DNA of 33,415 nucleotides from positions 1-33,415 of the forward strand of contig DATGZA010000005.1 in the NCBI GenBank assembly GCA_035297365.1. The letters are read 5' to 3'. Source of the DNA: Nitrososphaeraceae archaeon (lineage in GTDB: Archaea > Thermoproteota > Nitrososphaeria > Nitrososphaerales > Nitrososphaeraceae). How positions within the stretch are numbered: position 1 is the first letter of the stretch; every line of letters starts with the position of its first letter. The notes below the pieces were generated by a model. That model was given only the letters and a program-made list of their open reading frames with translations, did not search any database and had not been told where the DNA came from. A program made the translations under genes and the position numbers. Shown one piece after another: positions 1-9,349 of the stretch.

Positions 1-144
1 TTGGTCCCATCATAGGCCATTGCTGCCCTGTCATCATTGGTCCCATCATAGGCGGTTGTTGTCCTGTCATCATTGGTCCCATCATAGGCCATTGCTGCCC
101 TGTCATCATTGGTCCCATCATTGGTCCCATCATTGGTCCCATCA
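1..144. repeat. Coding tandem repeat: 3 x 36 bp followed by 3 x 12 bp
   Basis: ttggtcccatcataggccattgctgccctgtcatca-type units at 1, 37 and 73; ttggtcccatca at 109, 121 and 133. Unit lengths are multiples of 3 and encode MMGP and MMTGQQ(W/P)P on the - strand. Confidence 0.95.
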
Positions 145-325
145 TCATACCCGTTTTATTCATCTGTTTCATCATTGTCTGCATCTGGTTTGGGTCCATA
201 ACTTGATTTGCAAATACCGATTGAACGTCCTTATAACTAGCAAGAAAAACTATTGCACTAAATACAGATACCATAAAAAAAAGAACGTAGTATCTATTAT
301 TCTTGTTATTAATATTGATATTCAT
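1..325 (-). CDS. Secreted methionine-rich tandem-repeat protein (3' end runs off the window)
   Basis: Manual translation from ATG at 325: MNININNKNNRYYVLFFMVSVFSAIVFLASYKDVQSVFA|NQVMDPNQMQTMMKQMNKTGMMMGPMMGPMMGPMMTGQQWPMMGPMMTGQQPPMMGPMMTGQQWPMMGP. No stop before the window edge. Hydrophobic N-terminus with a V-F-A signal-peptidase-like site. Not in the ORF track, which shows only its antisense frame. Confidence 0.85.
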   Translation of the reverse strand, partial: MNININNKNNRYYVLFFMVSVFSAIVFLASYKDVQSVFANQVMDPNQMQTMMKQMNKTGMMMGPMMGPMMGPMMTGQQWPMMGPMMTGQQPPMMGPMMTGQQWPMMGP

Positions 326-939
326 TAATTGACAAAATCAAACATAATATAAAAAGATGGCTATCCTATAGTATAACATTATAATTCCAAACTGTATTGT
401 TGTTAAAATACTAAATCAACTGAAAAACTTGAATATACAAGTCTTTTTCATTCATAATGCTATTAAATCTTATTAAAATATAAAATTAATAGAAATAAAG
501 ATTCTGTTTCTAATGAAGGCTTTATGTTTCCTGATAAAAAGCTAAATACAAGATATGTGAATTCCCAGATATGGCAAATTCATATCCCGGTGACCGCATA
601 ACATATGTCTGTTCATATTCCAGTTTTGGAAATTTTTTAAGTCATATGCCAATCACATGATGTTTGTCAATTAATATTGCTAAGATGAGTACAGATAATG
701 TTATATTCATTTGGTACATAAGCTTTTAGATATTCTAATTATGAAGATAAAATAGTTGGTTTGTTCTCTTCCTAGTTACATATTTGTTTCCAATTCCAAA
801 AAATAAAACAAGATTTGTTTTATAATTTTTTGATTTAATTTATAAAATTTATATTCTCTTTATAAAAGATAAACTAACTTTGGCTCTAGAAAGCATTATA
901 GACAAGCTATTAAGTTAACCAGTAAAGCTATATCTAACA

Positions 940-1465
940 ACGTTCTATTTATGCAATGTATTCTCTATCTATATTTTCTTGAATTGAGTATACGTAATAC
1001 ATCTAAATATTAATACTCTTAGATAAAAAAAAGATTTTATGTGTTTCTATCTAACTGGATCAAATGTTTGGGTCCTGTCAAATCTATAAATAGAATAGAG
1101 AAGTCATCGTTATAGATGAAACTGTTAGTCAAATTGACCGTCAGCACTTTTAGCTATGGTTTTGTATACAATCAGTTCATAGTTATGTACTTTGAATTTA
1201 CAAATCTAGCGAGATAGAAATACTTGTTACTAAAAAATTCATTAGATCCATCATTCAAAGATATGGAAATAGTACTGTAAATTCAGATGAACGTATATTC
1301 TATGATGAAGCATGGTACATAATGGATTGAAACACTATTTACATTTTCCTTAGAAAAGTCTAATGAAATGAGTCAATCAGTATTTCAACGATAAAATAGA
1401 ATATTTTGATGACTATTATCCATGTATGCAAAATGAATACAACATATTACATGTATATAACTGGG
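940..1465 (+). mobile_element. Decayed IS6-like DDE transposase pseudogene
   Basis: Fragments across frames with stops and frameshifts: YFLELSIRNTSK, VIVIDETVSQIDRQHF*LWFCI, KFIRSIIQRYGNSTVNSDERIFYDEAW, GLKHYLH, KSLMK*VNQYFNDKIEYFDDYYPC, HVYNW. These resemble the archaeal IS6-type DDE pattern (IDET, YTDGG.WY, ER..QYFKDR...FDDYYPC). Confidence 0.75.
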
Positions 1466-1469
1466 CTCA

Positions 1470-1880
1470 ACTGCGTACCATCTTTCTTTTCATCTTTTCT
1501 ATGAAGACCAAATAATGCTTCATCAATTTTTATCCAAATAACCTTAACTGCCTAACTGCTTTAAAGATTCATTGTATATTGCATATGCTAATGATCTGAA
1601 TGCTATTTCTTTTATTGATAAATCAGCATAAACTTAAAATCTAATTCTGTCAGCCGGTACACCTAATGTAAAGAGATAGAGTAGATGTGAAATTGTGTTC
1701 ATCGATATTCGAACATTTCTCAAATAAGTATCTGTAGAGTCACTAAAATTATATCGACAGTCTTTACAGCCATATCGATTTCCATAAAGACAATATAAGG
1801 ATCTGGAATGGCATCTAATACAAGTACTTCTACCATTACAACTTATATGACAAAATATACCTTACTATTTGTCATACTAG
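1470..1880 (-). mobile_element. Truncated IS1595 (ISXO2-like) transposase pseudogene
   Basis: Minus strand reads TCIRCHSRSLYCLYGNRYGCKDCRYNFSDSTDTYL (Zn ribbon), then HLLYLFTLGVPADRI, then IKIDEALFGLHRK (first catalytic IDE motif). Contains stops and frameshifts and ends at the IS6 remnant. Confidence 0.7.
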
Positions 1881-2090
1881 ATGCTAGATCAATTGGATAG
1901 AATTCACGCACAAAATATGTATATTTAGTAAACCGATGGTTGTCTTTGATTGAACTGTATAGGTATTACCTATAAGAATGTAGAAGGGTTGACTTTCAGA
2001 TATTCCATAAAATATTCAAGATGTTAATCTTGGTTGTTATTCCAAAAAAACCTATTTTTCGTGCTACTTTTATCGAATTCCATACATGAC

Positions 2091-2591
2091 TTATCTTAAC
2101 TTTAGACCAGAATCAAGAAAAGCTGCAAATAACAGAATAAGAATAGAAAGGAAAACTGTTATTCTTCCATAGTTAATTATCCTTGAACGAATTACTTTCA
2201 CATATAATGAGTCATTATTTTCTAAAAGTTTATTTTCAATATTTTTCCCAAAACTTTTGATATGAATAAAATAAAAAATAGAGGTAATAACAACTAGTAT
2301 AATTTTAATCAAAAGCAATATTCCATAATCAGTGGTAAGAAAATTATCAGGATCTTCAAAAAAAAATCTAGAATTGTATATCCCACTTAATATTAATATT
2401 AAAAAAGATGGAAATGCAAATTTGTTAAATCTTCTTCCGACTTTGATCATCAGAATAACGCGATCTTCTATTGAGTTCCCAATAGTTTTTAGCATTGGTG
2501 CAAGAATCAAACCAATGAAAATTGATCCTCCTATCCAAATACAAGCAGCGAGAAGATGGATCCAAATTATAACACTATCAATTAAATTCAT
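2091..2591 (-). CDS. CopD-family (copper resistance/uptake) membrane protein
   Basis: About 4 TM segments; WIHLLAACIWIGG and TDYGILLLIKIILV match CopD-type motifs (H..A..W.GG; T.YG.LL..K). ATG at 2591 preferred over TTG at 2597. Confidence 0.75.
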   Translation of the reverse strand: MNLIDSVIIWIHLLAACIWIGGSIFIGLILAPMLKTIGNSIEDRVILMIKVGRRFNKFAFPSFLILILSGIYNSRFFFEDPDNFLTTDYGILLLIKIILVVITSIFYFIHIKSFGKNIENKLLENNDSLYVKVIRSRIINYGRITVFLSILILLFAAFLDSGLKLR

Positions 2592-2698
2592 AACCAAATA
2601 ACATGCCTTATATGATATAAATTACTTGAGTTATAAGACTAGTGCTATTATTACAGAAACATTTTAATTCGCTTTACGAATTCTAAATTTGGTATTAT

Positions 2699-3217
2699 AT
2701 GTTCTTTAGTAAAAGAAGAATAATTCTATTGGGGGTAATATCCGCCCTAGCAATAACGATAATTTTTCTTCCTAGAATTCAATATTATGTCAGTGCTCCT
2801 GATGTAGGTGCGATAGATTTCAAGCTAGCTAATATAACATTAAATAATATTTCTAATGATACTAATAATGTAGAATTATTATTATCATTTAATGTATATA
2901 ATCCATCTGATAAAACTGCAACTACTTCAAAAGTGGAATATGACTTGTTTGGAAATGATGAATTCTTGGGTCATGGTATTCTATCATATGAAGATATTCC
3001 ATTAAATGGCAGACCTCAATTTTCTCCTGAACAAACTACAACATTAAAGTCTTCTATAATACTCCAACCAACTAATTCTAATCTAAAATTAATTGAAGGA
3101 ATATTAAAGCATTCATCTATATTGGTAGATGATGATATTAATTGGAAAGTTAATGGAACAAGTCAAATTGAATCTGCTTTTGTTATAATAGAAAAAAAAT
3201 TTAATAGCAGGTTATAA
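2699..3217 (+). CDS. Membrane-anchored hypothetical protein, LEA type 2 / WHy-like domain
   Basis: Single N-terminal TM; FNVYNPSDK...VEYDLFGNDEFLGHG resembles the LEA_2 'V.NPN...i.Y.l..ng..lg.G' pattern. Confidence 0.6.
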   Translation: MFFSKRRIILLGVISALAITIIFLPRIQYYVSAPDVGAIDFKLANITLNNISNDTNNVELLLSFNVYNPSDKTATTSKVEYDLFGNDEFLGHGILSYEDIPLNGRPQFSPEQTTTLKSSIILQPTNSNLKLIEGILKHSSILVDDDINWKVNGTSQIESAFVIIEKKFNSRL

Positions 3218-3250
3218 CCATTTCTTGAACTATAAAAACTGTTTTTATAA

Positions 3251-3688
3251 CTAGTTTGATTCTCCTCGTTTTTTAGAGTCAATTACTACCCATTGTTCAA
3301 TCCAACTACATCTGGAAGGACTATATTGACTCATTTCATCTTCAGTAGAACACAAATGCTGATAGGAACAACTAAAACAAGGTGCCCCTTCTACACTATC
3401 TATTTCAATAGGTTTCTTGTCTACTTCTTTTAATTGGGGTATCTTTTTTACTATCAACTTGTATGTCCATCTTCCTTTATACAATATTTTTTCTCTTGAA
3501 ATCAAAGACTGTTTTTCCAAATTTCCTACTAACCTAGACCCATCTCTGCTATCTATTGAAAAAGATTTACAAAGTTCAGTTTGGAAGACTCCGTTTTCTC
3601 CGCTATCGGCTATAGCATGAAATACCTGTTCAGATAGTTCACTTTTATTCTTTATAGGTGTTTTAGACTTATTTATGTTAGTTGACAA
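3251..3688 (-). CDS. TFE beta subunit / RPC34-like protein (winged helix plus C-terminal Fe-S motif)
   Basis: GVFQTELCKSFSIDSRDGSRLVGNLEKQSLISRE winged helix; C-terminal PCFSCSYQHLC...SPSRCSWIEQW four-Cys motif typical of RPC34/TFE-beta. Confidence 0.8.
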   Translation of the reverse strand: MSTNINKSKTPIKNKSELSEQVFHAIADSGENGVFQTELCKSFSIDSRDGSRLVGNLEKQSLISREKILYKGRWTYKLIVKKIPQLKEVDKKPIEIDSVEGAPCFSCSYQHLCSTEDEMSQYSPSRCSWIEQWVVIDSKKRGESN

Positions 3689-4047
3689 AAGATAATATTT
3701 TTTCGTTTATTTCATATAAAAATCTAATGTCCTCTCAATTGTGCAAGATTATTATCGAGATTTGTAAAGATTATGAATGTTTAAATAAAAGTATTAATCC
3801 AGCTTTTTATAACATGAATAATATGCGACTCATCGTCAATTTTTTCGAAAAATTATATCAATCAACAATGTAAATTACTAAAAGTATGTTAATAGTTGAA
3901 TTAAAGTAAAAAATAACTAGTTATATTATATTATATAGAAAATTAAATGTAACAAATTTTTGATAATAAATATGAGAATTCCTAATATATTTATAATTTA
4001 AGCAAATAAATATTGAAAAAAGTAAAAAAGGTCTGATAGTCTGTTTT

Positions 4048-4755
4048 ATGATGTCAATGTTTTATTTTGCATTTTTTTCAGTCCCATCGATTTCAAGTGA
4101 AATCTATGCACAATCCCAATCCTTTAGCAACGACGACAACATACAAAAAAACCAGATAAACGCTTTTGACATCCCCAAAATTCCAAACCAGTACATTGTA
4201 GTTTTCAAGGACGATGTCAAGAACCCCTATTATCTAATTAATCAGATAGGCAAAAGGATAGAAACAAGTACCTTCAAAGATCTTGATATTTTAAATATTT
4301 TTCAAAATTCTATTAAAGGATCACTCACTAAAATTAATACCCAATCAGAGCTTGATAAATTAAGACATGATCCAAATGTAAAGTACGTAGAGCAGGATCA
4401 GAAGATTTAATCATTTGTCCAAATATTACCAAAGGGTATAAACAGAATAGATGCAGATCAAAGTTTCACTAAATCTGGAAATGGATTTGGAAGTGTTAAT
4501 GACGATATAGCAATACTTGACACTGGAATACATAATAACCAGAATGTGAATATTTTTAGACAGAAGGACTTTACCGGAAATTTATATCTTGCTACTGATA
4601 AAAATGGTCATGGAACTCATGTAGCTGGAACTGCAGATGCAAAGGATGATACTGGTGAAGTTGTAGGGGTAGCACTAGATAACAAAAACCCGTTTGTGTC
4701 TTTTTTCTCATCTCAACATATAATTCACAAAAATTCTTTATATAAAAAATTATAA
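4048..4755 (+). pseudogene. Subtilisin (S8) protease pseudogene with I9 propeptide
   Basis: Signal peptide, then an I9-like propeptide (IPNQYIVVFK...DPNVKYVEQDQ), an in-frame TAA at 4408-4410, then the same frame continues with IAILDTG (catalytic Asp) and NGHGTHVAG (catalytic His). Similarity ends near VVGVA; no catalytic Ser (GTSM) region. Confidence 0.85.
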
Positions 4756-5327
4756 TATATATAATATTAAACAAAATATATAATAATATAATGTGATCAC
4801 AGATTCGAGTTTTATGTGTATACAAAGGTACATATCTTGTATTTAGTTTTTTTTAAATGCACAATTAGAGTCATTTTTTGTTAAAATTTAATTCCATTCT
4901 ATTTTATCTAAGTCTGAAAATAATTTAAATCGTTTTGGATTTACTATAGATGGCGCAACAACGTAATCATCAAAATATTTAGATGAATATAGAGAATAGG
5001 ATCCATATCATGAATAAAAATAAACTACATGATCATAATAACACATAACACAGATGTTATAGTAAGTCAATTGCTGAAAATAAAAAGTTTTTTTACTCTT
5101 TTCTATTTCCCAATTATTTGAAAACTTGCATAATAATTTAGATAAATAAAATAGAAATAGAAAATGAAAAAGGTAAAATTATTTACGAAACATTACAGAA
5201 AAATGTAATTCTTATTCTAAAATTTTTCTAAATATTTCATATAGTTAATGTAATATTTTACATTCTTGTGAATAATTTTAAACGTTATTATTGATGAAAG
5301 ATGTTATTTTTTATATATATTAAAATC

Positions 5328-5711
5328 ATGGTAGATAAAGATTTACCTCCTTCATCATCGACTCCAGTAACTAGAACTTTTATTCAGGAATTCTTTGATT
5401 TTCTCAAGACATTTGGTATAATAGGTTTAGCAATAGCTTTTGTCATAGGTCAGGCATCATCAAAATTGGTTACTGCATTTGTTGAAGATATTATTAATCC
5501 ACTTGTTGGTCTATTCCTGCCCTCAGGAAGTCTAGAAACACTATCTGCAAATGTTACGGGTGTGTCTGGTACAATGTCACAATTCAAATATGGAGACTTG
5601 ATTGCTAGTATCATAGATTTTCTGATAATAGCACTTGTAGTTTTCGTTGCCTACAAGTTTTTATCAAGATATAAAATTGTGGAGGACAAAACAAAACCTG
5701 AAGGTAAGTAG
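5328..5711 (+). CDS. mscL: Large-conductance mechanosensitive channel (MscL family)
   Basis: EFFDFLKTFGIIGLAIAFVIG, VEDIINPL and FKYGDLIASIIDFLIIA are MscL signatures. Start at 5328 is preferred; ATG 5301 is possible. Confidence 0.9.
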   Translation: MVDKDLPPSSSTPVTRTFIQEFFDFLKTFGIIGLAIAFVIGQASSKLVTAFVEDIINPLVGLFLPSGSLETLSANVTGVSGTMSQFKYGDLIASIIDFLIIALVVFVAYKFLSRYKIVEDKTKPEGK

Positions 5712-6138
5712 ATATCTAAAAAGTTAACACTATATTTTTTTACACAAAATTTATTAAATATATACAGATAATAAGACCAATTTTTAATATTTGTTTTGGT
5801 AGGTATAATGTTATTGATATTTTTTTGATTATTATATTGATATCAATTGTTAATTTATCTGTAAAATCTGGAAATATATTGCTGGTGACTCCAGTGTAGA
5901 ATAAAATTTATCATCCTTCTAAAACTCCAAGAGTTAAATTTAACTATTTTAAGTTGGATTGGCCATGTTAATCTTCATAATAATGTGTATCATTAAATCA
6001 TAAAATGATTTATCAATATATGGGAGTTATATTCAAATTACAAATTCAATAATCTTGTATAATAATTTTGTTTAACTAGAAAGTATATATTTTTTATACA
6101 AATTTTTTTAAACAAGAACGTTCGCATTTCGCATTTTT

Positions 6139-6474
6139 GTGTTGTCATCTAAACCAATCTTAAATCGCAAGAAATCAAGCAAGACTAACAAGATCAAAAA
6201 GACGTACGCAAAAAAAGAAAAGAGCAAGAAACAACAACATTTACAAAGAAAGAAATCACCATATCCTATAATTTACGATCCAGACAAAAATCAAACAAAT
6301 ATACAATTAGTACAGTATCCTAATAATAGTTTGAGACAACATCAACAACGAACTATTAAGGACGCAATAGAGATTACTACCTATTATCTAGAACTTAATA
6401 AGAATATTATAAACATGTATAATTCTGTATATTCTCAAATATCACAGGTGAACTCTAAGAAGATAGAGCTATAA
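6139..6474 (+). CDS. Hypothetical protein, basic N-terminus and Gln/Asn-rich helical C-terminus; possibly degenerate
   Basis: 111-aa ORF with a non-ATG start and no recognisable catalytic motif. Confidence 0.4.
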   Translation: MLSSKPILNRKKSSKTNKIKKTYAKKEKSKKQQHLQRKKSPYPIIYDPDKNQTNIQLVQYPNNSLRQHQQRTIKDAIEITTYYLELNKNIINMYNSVYSQISQVNSKKIEL

Positions 6475-6596
6475 ACCACTTTTAGGATAGATTCTTAATA
6501 CGAAAATATTCATATTATAATATAACTTCCTACTGACAGAGTTATTATATATAATATAAGAGCATAATATTAAAAGTGTCTAAATTAGAAAATTAT

Positions 6597-7994
6597 TTAG
6601 TTACAAAAGAGATAGTCTCTTTGTCCAGCTTTATCAGATGTATTTCCTCCAATCTTTACTAGAACAAATTCTTTCTCATGATCCAAAAAGGATTCATTTA
6701 TTGGTAGTTCATTAGAGTGAAGACGTTTATATTCTGCCATATCAAGTTTAGTACGATTTCCTATTTCCATTTCTAGATTCATGTCTTTTACTATTTCTTT
6801 ATATTCTTCTTGGACCACGCCACTGAAAACCATTGCACTACTTCCACTTCCATATGAACCAAATCCTATTCTCTTATTTGCTAAATCAATATTTTTCTTA
6901 TATTCAAATTCAAGTAGACTTCGTAATCCCATGTACATAGATGCAGTATATATATTTCCTATTATTGTAGATGCTTCAAGAGAACTTGACATCTTTTGCT
7001 CGAAGACCTGTTTAAAGAAAGTTGTTTTTATAAAGGCACGTCTGAAGGTATCATCTGCTTTCATAAATTCTTTATCGGCTAGAATAGATTCAATTGTTCC
7101 TCTTGGATCCTTTGGGACTGGTTCCTCCATTCCAACTTCTTCAATTATTTTTTTCCATCTTGGAAGATGTCTCCATTCATGTCGTAAAAGATAAGCCAAT
7201 GCTTTTTCACCCATTTTCCGATAAGGTAGATGAACGCTAATATAATCAATTTTATCTGTTATTGATTCATCGCTGTTTATTTGGAACAAATTAGTTCTTA
7301 AAACTTTTTCCTTATAACTATCAAAGGCTTTTTTGACTTGAATTAGATACAAATAATTAGAATAATTACCATTAACAAGAGGAGTTTCTCTTCCAAACGG
7401 CCGGTAAAAATCATACTCATTTTTAATAATCGTAGAAGTAACTTTGGGATCAAAAATAACTAATCTAGGATTTTCTTTGACAAGCATTGCTATTGCACCT
7501 GCTCCTTGAGTATATTCTCCTGCAGAACCCAAATCATATTTTGCTATATCACTTACTATGACGATGGCTGCACTTCCGTTATTCTCTTCGGCCCTAATCC
7601 AATTAGCATTATCATATAGAGCATAGGAACCACTCACACAAGCAAATTTACATTCTATTCCGCCGGCATGTTCAAATGAGTCTTCACCATAAATCTGTTC
7701 GAGCATACCTATCACGAAGGAATTCATTGCTTTGGATTCATCCAGAGCTGATTCAGTAGCTACATACACTCTTCCTATATCATTTGGTTTCAAGTCATTT
7801 TTCTGCATTAGCTTTAAACAAGCATTAGCAGCCATACATGCTGGATCCTGATTAGTATCAACAATGGCCATTTTCTTTATACCTATCCCATTTTCTAATT
7901 TATGAGGGTCAATTCCTCTTGCCTTCGCAAAATCTTTTGAATCGACATATAACTTGGGAACATAAAGGGCCATATCATCAATACCAACAGACAT
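6597..7994 (-). CDS. mvaS: Hydroxymethylglutaryl-CoA synthase
   Basis: VGIDDMALYVP, VATES..DESK, ECKFACVSG (catalytic Cys), EYTQGAGA, DFYRP, HLPY, GNIYTAS, FGSYGSG. Confidence 0.95.
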   Translation of the reverse strand: MSVGIDDMALYVPKLYVDSKDFAKARGIDPHKLENGIGIKKMAIVDTNQDPACMAANACLKLMQKNDLKPNDIGRVYVATESALDESKAMNSFVIGMLEQIYGEDSFEHAGGIECKFACVSGSYALYDNANWIRAEENNGSAAIVIVSDIAKYDLGSAGEYTQGAGAIAMLVKENPRLVIFDPKVTSTIIKNEYDFYRPFGRETPLVNGNYSNYLYLIQVKKAFDSYKEKVLRTNLFQINSDESITDKIDYISVHLPYRKMGEKALAYLLRHEWRHLPRWKKIIEEVGMEEPVPKDPRGTIESILADKEFMKADDTFRRAFIKTTFFKQVFEQKMSSSLEASTIIGNIYTASMYMGLRSLLEFEYKKNIDLANKRIGFGSYGSGSSAMVFSGVVQEEYKEIVKDMNLEMEIGNRTKLDMAEYKRLHSNELPINESFLDHEKEFVLVKIGGNTSDKAGQRDYLFCN

Positions 7995-8130
7995 ATCAAG
8001 CTCTATTTTATGAATTAGACATTTAAACGTACTTACTATTTATAGAGAATTTTGTAATTATTATTTTATTTTATAAAAAATTTATAAAGATATACAATTT
8101 TTAGATAAAATATCAATTTCAAAAATTATA

Positions 8131-9252
8131 CTAAAAAAAATGTATAATATTATAAAAGTTATCGCGCTCAGCAGCATGAAATTCAACTTGTTGAATGGAT
8201 TCAATTATCTTGGCTGAAGTTAGCTCAGTAGAACGTGCTCCAGTGGCACTTACAACTTCTTCACCAATTAAGGTACCCCCAAAATCATCTGCTCCAAAAA
8301 ATAGTGCTAACTGTGCCATACCTATTCCATTTGTTAACCATGATGACTGAATATGAGGAATTAAACCATAAAAGACTATTCTTGAGATGGATATCATCTT
8401 TAACAATTTTAACCCTCCAGGTGAATATTTGGTCAATCCTTCCAATTGCAATTGAGTTTTATTAGGTTCAAATCCCCAAGGAATGAAAGCTATAAAACCA
8501 TTAGTTTTCTCTTGTAGTTCACATATTTTCATCAAGTGTTGAGCAATATCATAATCATTTTCTACAGTTCCATACATCATAGTTGCAGAAGAACTAATTT
8601 CCATATCATGCGCCTCATTCATTATCCTGAGCCAATCATTACTTTTGATTTTAAGAGGGCTTATTTTAGACTTAACTTCATCTACAAGAATTTCTGCTCC
8701 CGCACCTGGAAGAGAATCTAAACCCGACATCTTTAATCTAGATAATATTTCCTTTGTACTACTTCGCTCAACTTTTGCTATCATATCTATTTCAGAGGCA
8801 GAAAGACCATGGATTGAAATCGATGGATAATACTTTTTAATATCTTTGAAAATATCTTCGTAATATTCTATCGACAAATTTGGATTGTGTCCACCTTGAA
8901 AAAGTATTTGAGTTATTCCAAACAGTTCTTTGGAGATGGAAATTCTTTTTAATATATCTAATTTTGTACGAGTATATGATTCTTCATGTCCAGGTGGTCT
9001 GTAAAAAGCGCAAAATTTACAGTAAGTTACACAAACATTAGTGTAGTTTAGAATAATATTATTTATAAAAGTAGCAGTTTTGCCAAAAAGATTATCTCTT
9101 AATAGATTAGCTACTAGCCCGATTGCATAAATATCATCAGATCCTATAAGTTTTACACAATCTTTGAAATTAAGTCGTTTTCCTCCCAAAACATCATTTA
9201 AAATATCTCCTATTTCTGATTCAGAGACAAAGTAAGATAAGCTATTTTGCAA
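8131..9252 (-). CDS. mqnC: Cyclic dehypoxanthinyl futalosine synthase (radical SAM)
   Basis: NYTNVCVTYCKFCAFYR (CxxxCxxC), QGGHNP, PGAGAEIL, AFIPW, QSSW, GADDFGGT. Confidence 0.88.
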   Translation of the reverse strand: MQNSLSYFVSESEIGDILNDVLGGKRLNFKDCVKLIGSDDIYAIGLVANLLRDNLFGKTATFINNIILNYTNVCVTYCKFCAFYRPPGHEESYTRTKLDILKRISISKELFGITQILFQGGHNPNLSIEYYEDIFKDIKKYYPSISIHGLSASEIDMIAKVERSSTKEILSRLKMSGLDSLPGAGAEILVDEVKSKISPLKIKSNDWLRIMNEAHDMEISSSATMMYGTVENDYDIAQHLMKICELQEKTNGFIAFIPWGFEPNKTQLQLEGLTKYSPGGLKLLKMISISRIVFYGLIPHIQSSWLTNGIGMAQLALFFGADDFGGTLIGEEVVSATGARSTELTSAKIIESIQQVEFHAAERDNFYNIIHFF

Positions 9253-9349
9253 TTATGAACTATATTTTCTTAATTCTATTTATTCGTTACAAGACTAAAT
9301 TTGAAAGAAGTTATATATCAATAAATAATTAGATTAGATCTATTAAAAC

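Noticed and set aside
1-144. Possible CRISPR array (36-bp periodicity)
   Set aside because: The units are contiguous with no unique spacers, their lengths are multiples of 3, they lie within a coding frame, and no cas genes are nearby.
20-328. His-rich + strand ORF (HHWSHH repeats) as a metal-binding protein
   Set aside because: It is the antisense shadow of ATG-ATG codons (CAT-CAT). The - strand frame has an ATG start and a convincing signal peptide.
480-800. Possible further gene remnant
   Set aside because: Only short open stretches with no motif I can recognise; needs BLASTX.
4408-4410. Stop-codon readthrough or recoding in the subtilisin gene
   Set aside because: The stop is TAA, not TGA or TAG, and the downstream part is also truncated before the catalytic Ser, which fits a pseudogene.
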